The notes below the pieces were generated by a model. The model saw only the letters and a list, made by a program, of their open reading frames with translations. It made no database searches and had not been told where the DNA came from. A DNA stretch of 43,424 bases from a virus (Duplodnaviria > Caudoviricetes): positions 1 through 43,424 of IMG/VR virus record IMGVR_UViG_3300011335_000213. The stretch is one strand, 5' to 3'. Shown here piece after piece: positions 8,706-16,216 of this stretch; the stretch's first letter is position 1, and each line of letters starts with the position of its first letter. A program made the position numbers and the translations under genes.

Positions 8706-9839
8706 TTAATCAAACCCATGAACTTTTAGTATGTATTCACCTTTGCTCATACCTGCTAACTTAAGCACATGATCATCAGAAGGATGGACTGTCAAAGAGT
8801 TAAATGACTTGATCAAGCCGTGTTCAAGCATTGCTTTTTGACGACCATACGGATGGTCAATGATTGTGCTGCTGTTCCAGATTTTGTCACGGTCCAGGTG
8901 GTTGTAGTCATAGCCAGGCCTAACGTAGTTTTCTATCCAACGGATTCCATCACAAAAAATATCTTCGCCGTCATAAGCAGTAGAACCAATGTCTTTGCAA
9001 AACTTCATTGTGACTTCATCTAAAAAATCTTGCTCATTGCCTTTACTTAAAGGTTTAGCTGCGTATTTCAAGCACTCGACTGCATTGCTGCCATAAAAGA
9101 ATGGGCTATCTAGATTAACGTATTCCGGGAAAAAGTCCGCAATGTCGCTAACAACTGCAGCGTACTGGAATTTGAATGCACGCATATCTCTCTGCTTGTT
9201 CCACTCAAACATCCATTCGCCAATGACTCGTAAGTCACGTCTGCCTTTTGATTCCAGCCATTCTGCCAGCTCTCTTGCTAACTTAGGTGCATATCTACAT
9301 AAGAAGAAGTCACCTCCAAGTTTGTAGTCGCTAGTAGGCTTTGGGAATGCAGGGAACTGATAACCAACAGATGTGTAGATAGTTGACTCTCTGTTAAAAA
9401 TAACATGAGTCATTTGCTCAATTGTGTCGCATGACCAAAACTTTGGCAAGATTGTGTTGTTATAGCCGCTAGGTTTTTTTGCGTAGTTGATACCACTGCC
9501 TGTGACTCGGTGAACTATAAACACATAAAGCCATTCAGCTAAACCCCACTCGCCTTCAACTCCATCAAATGATTCACAAATTGGTTTGCGCACATCATGC
9601 AGCTTATGAGCATACGGGTGGTCTGATGACGTGTTGTACCAGAGGTCTAAAATAATTTGTGTAAAGCCTGCATACTTTCTGTTAGCAACATCATAGAGTT
9701 CAACATGCCGCATCAAGTCATCTTTGACTGACCCTTCTAGATGTGGGATAGTTCCTAGATTGCATTCTTGCTGCTGCGTCTTAGCCATAGCAGCATAACG
9801 AACCATCTCGTCATAGTAAGCGGTTGTTTCGATTCTCAT
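8706..9839 (-). CDS. Divergent amino acid:DNA transferase (aGPT-Pplase1-like, glycosylase-related helical fold)
   Basis: Motifs in the same order as the family pattern I recall: LYDVANRKY ~ F-x-N-V-x-R; FQYAAVVSDI...FFYGSNAVECL ~ F..YE...DL...GPGA..GL; GEDIFCDGIRW ~ EH.LCE..KY. Lies in a nucleotide-modification operon. Confidence 0.6.
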   Translation of the reverse strand: MRIETTAYYDEMVRYAAMAKTQQQECNLGTIPHLEGSVKDDLMRHVELYDVANRKYAGFTQIILDLWYNTSSDHPYAHKLHDVRKPICESFDGVEGEWGLAEWLYVFIVHRVTGSGINYAKKPSGYNNTILPKFWSCDTIEQMTHVIFNRESTIYTSVGYQFPAFPKPTSDYKLGGDFFLCRYAPKLARELAEWLESKGRRDLRVIGEWMFEWNKQRDMRAFKFQYAAVVSDIADFFPEYVNLDSPFFYGSNAVECLKYAAKPLSKGNEQDFLDEVTMKFCKDIGSTAYDGEDIFCDGIRWIENYVRPGYDYNHLDRDKIWNSSTIIDHPYGRQKAMLEHGLIKSFNSLTVHPSDDHVLKLAGMSKGEYILKVHGFD

Positions 9840-10762
9840 AATCCACGCTCCAAGTCACGCATGTCATGCCATGCTCTTTGACTATCTAAAGGTATATCTT
9901 TGACTTGGTCGTAAAACTTGTTGACCTTATCGTCGGTCCCTACATTGATGAAGATAGAACCTTTTGCAGCAAAATTTTCAAAGTCTTCCCAGCACTTGGC
10001 ATCGTAGTTTGATGTAGATGGAAAAGGTGGGCGTTTACTTAATGGCACATCTTTTAAGAATGGCTGTGATGCAGACCAAAGAGTAGCATGACCAATCTCT
10101 CCATCGTGCATGTTCCTAGCAACAACAACGCCTTTACACAAAGCTTCTGGCCATGCAATCTGAAGAGCTCTAATTGCTGTGCCTGTTGAAACTGACATCC
10201 AAATCTCTTTAGGCTCTTCATCAAGCAGCTCTGCAATCTGTGTGCCTAGCCTAACAATGCCTGCTGTTACTAATGGTGTTTTTGCCAAACCAAAAGGCAA
10301 GTACTTTGCACCGTGCTGCTCTGCCCATTTCTTAGCATAGCTGTTCAATGTAGGCATGGCTGCAATCTTTACAAACCGCAAGTCTGCGCCATATGCAAGC
10401 AGTGCCTTTTGATGTTTAGAAGGTTCACCAGAAGCAGGACAAAAGAACACACACTTTTTACCATACATGCCGGCAAGCGTTGCAATTGCATCCATAGCCA
10501 TACCTACTCGAGGCGCACAATAAACTAAAACATCTTCTTTACATTCTGCAACTAGCTGCTCTGCGCCATAGCCTTTTAAACTTGACTGGCTAGCATCGCC
10601 TCTAAAGATGTATTTGTCATCGTATCGATGAACTACTGGCTTTGATAGCTTAGACATAAAGCCTTTGCTCATTGCGTGATAGTGACTGCGTGCTTCTAAG
10701 ACGGTCATACCTAAAGGAATGTCTTTGTTAGACTTGTCCGCCGTAATAGTGAAAAGGCTCAT
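9836..10762 (-). CDS. Fold-type II PLP-dependent enzyme (TrpB / cysteine desulfhydrase / ACC deaminase-like)
   Basis: FRGD....SLKGYG (Schiff-base Lys region), ALLAYGADL, phosphate-binding loop SVSTGT, and YDAK near the C-terminus. Confidence 0.8.
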   Translation of the reverse strand: MSLFTITADKSNKDIPLGMTVLEARSHYHAMSKGFMSKLSKPVVHRYDDKYIFRGDASQSSLKGYGAEQLVAECKEDVLVYCAPRVGMAMDAIATLAGMYGKKCVFFCPASGEPSKHQKALLAYGADLRFVKIAAMPTLNSYAKKWAEQHGAKYLPFGLAKTPLVTAGIVRLGTQIAELLDEEPKEIWMSVSTGTAIRALQIAWPEALCKGVVVARNMHDGEIGHATLWSASQPFLKDVPLSKRPPFPSTSNYDAKCWEDFENFAAKGSIFINVGTDDKVNKFYDQVKDIPLDSQRAWHDMRDLERGL

Positions 10763-11721
10763 GCTCTGCCCCAGTTAAAACGGCGGTAACTATTAGGAGC
10801 AATGTGGACCGATGAACTTAGCTCCATATATTTCTTGGCATACTCTTCACCATCCATAGAGTACCATTCTTCAGGAGGTCTAACCACTTTGTTTTCACAA
10901 GACATGAGGTCTATAAAGTAGCTAGTCCAGTCTCGCCTAGAGTCTATTGAACCGCAAAAAGGTTTGTCTTTGTAGTAACCAGTCTGTGGGAGTCTACGCG
11001 CCTCATACTCGACAGGAACAGGTGCTGCTATTTCTACAGCTATTTCAAATTCATTTTTTATGAACTCAATCACTTCGCAGTAACGCTCGCATAAGTTTTC
11101 TATGGCTTTTGCTGAGTCTGGTTGGCGGCCTATATGGTGCCGTATGTCGATAGAGCCTGCAACAAGAGTTGCTTTGCTTGGCATTTTCTTTAACTTACCT
11201 AATTGCTTTACAAACTCGCCTTTAGTTAAAGCTCCATGCAGAGTTAAACCGTTTGTACGCAAGACCATACTTCTAGGTGAAGCAAAAGCCGTAGCGTGAC
11301 TGTCGCCAACGGCAACCTTTACAAAACCTAACTGGCTTTGCAAAATAGTTTGACTGTTAGCAAGTCTAAGTTTAAAAGCCGTTAGCAAGCTTGGCGTTAG
11401 ACGCGGCGAACAAGTTGCTTGGCCTATCCGCTTTTCTAACTGCTCTCCATAGTCAGGCATAGGCAAGTCTAAACTGAATAGATTGCCATTAAAGTTAACT
11501 AGTTGATCGATCTTGTCAACAATCTCGTCAGTGACGCCGCCAAACAGATTAAGACCACCTCCAAAGTTTACGCCATGTTCCCAGTAAAGGTTGCTGCATG
11601 AACTAAGGTCTGTGTTTTTAGTTGCAATTTTTGTGTTCATGCACTCTGCCCAATGCATGGCCCAGCCACGCACATGTGATTTCTCACTGACAGGTATAGA
11701 AGCAAAAGGATTAAAGATCAT
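10759..11721 (-). CDS. Protein with SGNH/GDSL hydrolase-like C-terminal domain and unknown N-terminal domain
   Basis: Block I VGDSH, block II NGLTLHG, block III-like GSIDI, block V-like SSVHI. Confidence 0.6.
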   Translation of the reverse strand: MIFNPFASIPVSEKSHVRGWAMHWAECMNTKIATKNTDLSSCSNLYWEHGVNFGGGLNLFGGVTDEIVDKIDQLVNFNGNLFSLDLPMPDYGEQLEKRIGQATCSPRLTPSLLTAFKLRLANSQTILQSQLGFVKVAVGDSHATAFASPRSMVLRTNGLTLHGALTKGEFVKQLGKLKKMPSKATLVAGSIDIRHHIGRQPDSAKAIENLCERYCEVIEFIKNEFEIAVEIAAPVPVEYEARRLPQTGYYKDKPFCGSIDSRRDWTSYFIDLMSCENKVVRPPEEWYSMDGEEYAKKYMELSSSVHIAPNSYRRFNWGRA

Positions 11722-12368
11722 GGTTGCACCAAGTGAAAATGTTTAGGATAAACATGCAATGAGCCTGCGTTCCAGAATAAGTTGCCTTTAACTAGGTCAG
11801 GATATGTTTCATTCAAACGAGTAAGTGCTAAGTCAAGAACCGTGTCTTGCCAAAATCGATCGCCTTTATAGCCATAGACAACATCGTTGCTACGCATGTT
11901 GACTATGTGATGCAGCTTGCCATCACGAATCAGCAGCTGAGTGCTGTATGTGCACATAAAGTCTTTCATGCCATCAACTACTGAGTCTTCATGCATAGAA
12001 GGGCGAATGTAGATCATCACAGCTTGACGACTGTTTTTGTTTTTGACCAACGAGTCTATGGCTTTATGGAATTGGTAGCCGTTTGTTTGGCTAAAGATAC
12101 ACCAGCCATAGTTGCTATTGATCATGCCTTTTGAACTAGCTACTTGCTTCCATATCAATGGAACAGGAGGTGCTATCTCATTGACATTGAGTGATTGACT
12201 CATGTACCAACGCAACTCTTTAACATTCCATAGGTCATTGACTTCTCCAAAAATCAAAGGCTCATCTGCAATAAATGAAGCATTGACAATCTCAACGTTG
12301 CCGTCTTCTGCAAAGTCTTGTGCTGCTAGCTTATTTGTCAAGATATTACGGATTTGTTGAACGTTCAT
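11718..12368 (-). CDS. dCMP hydroxymethylase (T4 gp42-like, thymidylate synthase fold)
   Basis: Long stretches match T4 gp42 as I recall it: ASFIADEP.IFG, ELRWY, IWKQVASSKG.INSNYGW, SRQAVMIY.RPSM, DGMKDFMCT, VNMRSNDVVYG, GSLHVY. Asp at the cytosine-specificity position (YKGDRFW). Confidence 0.9.
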   Translation of the reverse strand: MNVQQIRNILTNKLAAQDFAEDGNVEIVNASFIADEPLIFGEVNDLWNVKELRWYMSQSLNVNEIAPPVPLIWKQVASSKGMINSNYGWCIFSQTNGYQFHKAIDSLVKNKNSRQAVMIYIRPSMHEDSVVDGMKDFMCTYSTQLLIRDGKLHHIVNMRSNDVVYGYKGDRFWQDTVLDLALTRLNETYPDLVKGNLFWNAGSLHVYPKHFHLVQP

Positions 12369-13123
12369 GGAATGCTCCTTACAAACCTATCATCTTTGTT
12401 TTTATTGTGTGCAGCATGTTCCATCAAGATGAACAGTTGAGTGCCTGCATGTGCAAGGTGGTCTAATCCTGACTCAGGGTCTTTGTCTTCGCCAGACCAG
12501 AAAGACATCATGTGACGCATGATAGATCCATAGGTACGTGACCAAACAACGGTCTCGCCTTGACGGTAAGAGTTTGCAAAATACTTCTTAGCACCAAAGC
12601 CAAAGACATTGGCAATTTGCATCATAGGTTCAATTGGAAGCAGGTCAAGACGGACCTTGGTTGCATCAAACTTTGGTGCAAAGCCTGCCACAACATTACC
12701 GTCTGAACTAGGTGCAAAGTCAAATACAACCTGCGTGTCTGCATCTTCGTCTAAGATTAATTGCAGCTCTGCTTCTGGAGCAGTCCAGCCTTCTGGTTTA
12801 ACTAAGTCACGTTTAAAGCCACCACGCTTTTCACCATTCTGACCAAGCTCTTTGGCCATGTTTGCTTCCATGACCTTTTCAAAGCCTGCAAGCAACGGGA
12901 AACCATGACGCTCTAAAGTGCCTACTGCAAAGACTATCAAGTCAAGCAAAGCATCGTATTGATCGACCTGTGTGTCTGCTGCAATGTACTCGTTTAACTC
13001 TTCGAGCATGGCAGCAGACCTAAATTCTTTTTCTTCTACAGTAAGATGGCTTGGCCCTATTGTATTTTCTATGCCAAACTTCTGATGCATGGCCTTCACA
13101 AGGTCCATTACTTTTGATTCCAT
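12365..13123 (-). CDS. Fusion of a MazG/PRA-PH-like NTP pyrophosphohydrolase and a dATP/dGTP diphosphohydrolase (DUF5664-like) domain
   Basis: N-half EELNEY...DALLD...V..ANMAK...KPEGW..PE; C-half KFDATK.RLDLLP...GAKKY...W.R...RH...GEDKDPESGLDHLAHA. Confidence 0.85.
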   Translation of the reverse strand: MESKVMDLVKAMHQKFGIENTIGPSHLTVEEKEFRSAAMLEELNEYIAADTQVDQYDALLDLIVFAVGTLERHGFPLLAGFEKVMEANMAKELGQNGEKRGGFKRDLVKPEGWTAPEAELQLILDEDADTQVVFDFAPSSDGNVVAGFAPKFDATKVRLDLLPIEPMMQIANVFGFGAKKYFANSYRQGETVVWSRTYGSIMRHMMSFWSGEDKDPESGLDHLAHAGTQLFILMEHAAHNKNKDDRFVRSIP

Positions 13124-13201
13124 TGTTAACTCCTATTCGTATTGATTGTTTGGACAGGCCACGCTCCTGATAGGCACACAAAGCTAGTGCTAGCTTAGTC
13201 T

Positions 13202-13726
13202 TTAACCTAAAAGGTCAGCGTCTTCTTTAGCAAAGTCAGCAAAGTCAGAGCTAGCTTCAGTCCGACCACTAAATGCTTCACCATCTTTTACCTTCATGAC
13301 ATTGTCAAGCGCAATCGATACGCCTTTGCCACCTGTTGGATGCTCCCATGCATAGGCACGAATAGAAGCACGGTAGTAAGCACCGCTATAGATCTCATCT
13401 GCAGACATGATTGGTTTAAGGTCTGTGCCAACGATGCCTGGCTTGTTGTTAGACGTGGCTTGCACGCTGTAGCAACCTGCCAGTTCAGGCCGATCTTCTT
13501 CATCACCATCTTTAACTGGTGACTTCATCTTAGGAGGAATTTTGCCCCATTTACCTTTAGCTGTTTCCTCAATCAAAGCATTCAGTTCATTCCAGAACTG
13601 ATTCTTTTTAGGAAGAGGTATGGTAATTTGGTACCGTGCCTTGGCGCCTTCTACGCCTTTAATTGCATGCGGCTCAAGCAAATGGACAAAAGAACCTCTG
13701 AACTCGGGTGTGATAATTTTTGACAT
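13202..13726 (-). CDS. Single-stranded DNA-binding protein (DUF2815 / Enc34-like)
   Basis: SFVHLLEP, PVKDGD, YSGAYYRASI, GVSIALDNVMKVKDGE, acidic C-terminal tail. Confidence 0.88.
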   Translation of the reverse strand: MSKIITPEFRGSFVHLLEPHAIKGVEGAKARYQITIPLPKKNQFWNELNALIEETAKGKWGKIPPKMKSPVKDGDEEDRPELAGCYSVQATSNNKPGIVGTDLKPIMSADEIYSGAYYRASIRAYAWEHPTGGKGVSIALDNVMKVKDGEAFSGRTEASSDFADFAKEDADLLG

Positions 13727-13785
13727 TGATTTTCCTTTAAAACGTTGAAGTAAATTGGCCGTCTTTCCGGCCTGTCATTTGGTCG

Positions 13786-14754
13786 TTAGACCACATCCAT
13801 TAGCAAGTCACGTGCTTTGTTTTTAATAGCATTGCCATAACCAAACCATGCTGCATTTTGATTAAGACCATGGTCTACATGTTCTGTAACAGCATTGAGT
13901 AATGCCCATGCGGAGCCGCTAGCTTCTGGCAAATCAGAACCTAAAGCTTGACCATTAAACAAAGCCATGATTGACTGAAAAGCTTTTGTGTTTTCTACTG
14001 GCACAGCTTCTTTGGTTTTAATGCCATTGACTGTAGTAGTACGGACAGACGCAGGCAAAAGCAACTTAAGAAACTCCACAGCAAAAGTAGAGTTGACTTC
14101 TTTTGCAGCTAAGCGGCGTGAGTCAATCAAGAACTTGTCGAATGAGTTAAATGCAATGCCTAAGTCAAGAGCTGTGTCTTTAGCACTGAATTCTTTAGAG
14201 TGATTGATCTTGATGGTGTCGCCGCCTTCTTCTGTAGCAAAGCCAAGAGTGTTTGAACAAACAACACGCACACTAGTAAAGCGCGCCGTTGTTGCCAATG
14301 TGCCGTCATAAGATGTGGCCAACAGAACATAAGGCTTGACTACGTCTTGACCAACTACTGTTGCGCCGTCATTGACTTTTGCCATTGCCCAAATACGCTT
14401 GCCGTTGGACAATGAACCTGCTGTTTCAAGTTCGAAGTTGTTGTTCTCAGCTAACTTAGCAAAGAAGTCTAAGACGTCTGCAGGCTGCACAACTTTGTAG
14501 TCTTTGCCAACAACGCCAAGAGGTGCATTTGTGTCTGAGCGATACAGCACATCGCGTGTTGTATGTGGCAGCAAAATATCGCCAGCAGAGTACTGAACCA
14601 TTGAGCGTTCGACTGTATGTGACAAGCCTGCTGCTTTGGCCCATACTTCAAGAGGTTGACCTGCTTCGAGCTGCTGGCCAAGACCGTGCCATGCCTTTTC
14701 ACCTACGTGAGCAAAGTTGGCTTGTGCGTTTGAGAAGTCTAATTCGTGTGACAT
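13786..14754 (-). CDS. DUF932/DUF945-family phage/plasmid protein
   Basis: AWHGLG, YKVVQP, ETAGSL..GKRIW, LATSYDG, VRVVCSNT, WALLNAVTEHVDH. Confidence 0.88.
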   Translation of the reverse strand: MSHELDFSNAQANFAHVGEKAWHGLGQQLEAGQPLEVWAKAAGLSHTVERSMVQYSAGDILLPHTTRDVLYRSDTNAPLGVVGKDYKVVQPADVLDFFAKLAENNNFELETAGSLSNGKRIWAMAKVNDGATVVGQDVVKPYVLLATSYDGTLATTARFTSVRVVCSNTLGFATEEGGDTIKINHSKEFSAKDTALDLGIAFNSFDKFLIDSRRLAAKEVNSTFAVEFLKLLLPASVRTTTVNGIKTKEAVPVENTKAFQSIMALFNGQALGSDLPEASGSAWALLNAVTEHVDHGLNQNAAWFGYGNAIKNKARDLLMDVV

Positions 14755-14764
14755 GATAATCTTT

Positions 14765-14831
14765 CAACATTGAGACGGCGAAGTTGCCGTGAGTTAATTG
14801 TACAACGCTTTTTGGGCTGTGCACAATTATT
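14765..14831 (-). promoter_or_regulatory. Repeated early promoter plus 5' hairpin element, copy 2
   Basis: TTGTGC-18nt-TACAAT, then ACGGC-AACTTC-GCCGT-CTCAATGT. Confidence 0.8.
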
Positions 14832-15930
14832 TTGCATTTTTTTCAAAATCTTTTTTGGCTGACTGGTTTTTGTCCACAGAAGGCCTTTTATCCTTCTCAG
14901 GAGCAATGGTTGGTTGGCCATAGCCAATGGTCACAAACTCATCTAGATCTAGATACTCACCTTTAAAGGCAGCTTCCATCTGTGCAACGCTAAGCAATAC
15001 AGGCTTTGTATAAATCTGGTCATAGCCTAGCTGCTTTAGCCATAGCTCAGTGGCTTCAAGGTCTTTCCAGCTTCTTGTCTTACGGCCTTCAACAACTTTC
15101 CACCCTGGGATTGATCCGCCTGCAAGCATGGTATCTTTTGCTTTGGCTTCTATTGCTTCAATGAATAAATTTAGCATCTTAAGTTTTGGCAGCCATTCTT
15201 CAATAGTGTTTATGCTTAAGTCATTGAAGTCAATTACAGCAGCTTCATTGGCTAACCTCTTCATCTCAGGGCATTGTGCTTTAGCATGACACCATCTACA
15301 AGCTTTGTCACTAGCTACAAACTTGTTAGGTTCATTTTGAATTGCAGCATAAGCAAGTTTAAGTGCTTCTGCAAATGCTAGCAGCTCTTCTACACTAATG
15401 GTCCATGTATCAATGTTGCCCATTGGTGGTTGCACAATAGTCAATGCCATAGCGCTTATGTCATACGCAGGTGAATACTTTAAATAAGCACCTAATGCAT
15501 AGCAAAGCAGCTGTGTATTGCCTTCAGACTCTACTCGAATGCCACCGCCTGTTTTAAGATCGATGACTCGCATCAATGAGCCTTCAATGATGATAGCATC
15601 AGCAGTGCCCCAACAGTCATTGATGACTTCAGCAAGAGTCACCTTCTCTTCATAAAACTTCTGGCCATTTAAAGACTGAATATAGTTCACATACACTTGA
15701 ACAATCTCGATCATGTCTTGCACAATGATGTGGCCATTGATAGTTTTACCAATGAATGACTTAGGCTCAAGGCCTTTAGTCAAGCAGTCATCAGAGACTG
15801 TGTGCATTGCAGTGCCTTTTTCTGCATACACACTTGAGTCGCCACCTTTAAAGTCAGGCTCTAAATGGACGCTGCCAGGGCAGGTCATCCACCTAGCGCT
15901 TGCAGAAGGTGATAGTTTAGCGTGCGCCAT
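14827..15930 (-). CDS. DUF2800-family Cas4-like PD-(D/E)xK nuclease
   Basis: HAKLSPS...RW..CPGS, GT..H, GTAD...IDLKTG, QL..YALG, CRWC..K..C. Confidence 0.88.
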   Translation of the reverse strand: MAHAKLSPSASARWMTCPGSVHLEPDFKGGDSSVYAEKGTAMHTVSDDCLTKGLEPKSFIGKTINGHIIVQDMIEIVQVYVNYIQSLNGQKFYEEKVTLAEVINDCWGTADAIIIEGSLMRVIDLKTGGGIRVESEGNTQLLCYALGAYLKYSPAYDISAMALTIVQPPMGNIDTWTISVEELLAFAEALKLAYAAIQNEPNKFVASDKACRWCHAKAQCPEMKRLANEAAVIDFNDLSINTIEEWLPKLKMLNLFIEAIEAKAKDTMLAGGSIPGWKVVEGRKTRSWKDLEATELWLKQLGYDQIYTKPVLLSVAQMEAAFKGEYLDLDEFVTIGYGQPTIAPEKDKRPSVDKNQSAKKDFEKNAK

Positions 15931-16216
15931 TGATCAAGCCCATTGCTTCTGCAAATTTGTCATCTTCAATGTCGCTAACTTTTTTAACACCAAGGTTTGC
16001 AAGAATAGCAATGACTTTGTCACGTTTGCCTGAACCTATCAATTCCGCCATGCCTTGACGCAAGTCATCAAGTGTTGGCGCTACTGCTACGTCCATTGGC
16101 GCTGCTGCAGGTTCAATTTTTACAGCCTTTGTTTCTTTAACTGCTTTAGGTGCTGCTTGCTCTTCAAACAGGTTAGCAAGTTCACGAAGTTTTTGTGCAA
16201 TGAGAGATTGATCCAT
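15917..16216 (-). CDS. Probable separately initiated 99-aa protein nested in frame in the helicase C-terminus
   Basis: TAAGGAG lies 6 nt before ATG 16216 (MDQSLIAQKL...). Helix, Ala/Pro/Lys linker, then ..LGVKKVSDI.., like the small genes usually preceding DUF2800. Confidence 0.6.
   Translation of the reverse strand: MDQSLIAQKLRELANLFEEQAAPKAVKETKAVKIEPAAAPMDVAVAPTLDDLRQGMAELIGSGKRDKVIAILANLGVKKVSDIEDDKFAEAMGLINGAR

Noticed and set aside
11718-12368. Ordinary thymidylate synthase (thyA) or dUMP hydroxymethylase
   Set aside because: Asp rather than Asn at the specificity position and extended resemblance to T4 gp42 favour a dCMP substrate.
12365-13123. 2-aminoadenine (Z) or 7-deazaguanine genome suggested by the DUF5664-like domain
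   Set aside because: No PurZ, FolE/QueD/QueE/QueC or DpdA motifs are recognisable in the window.
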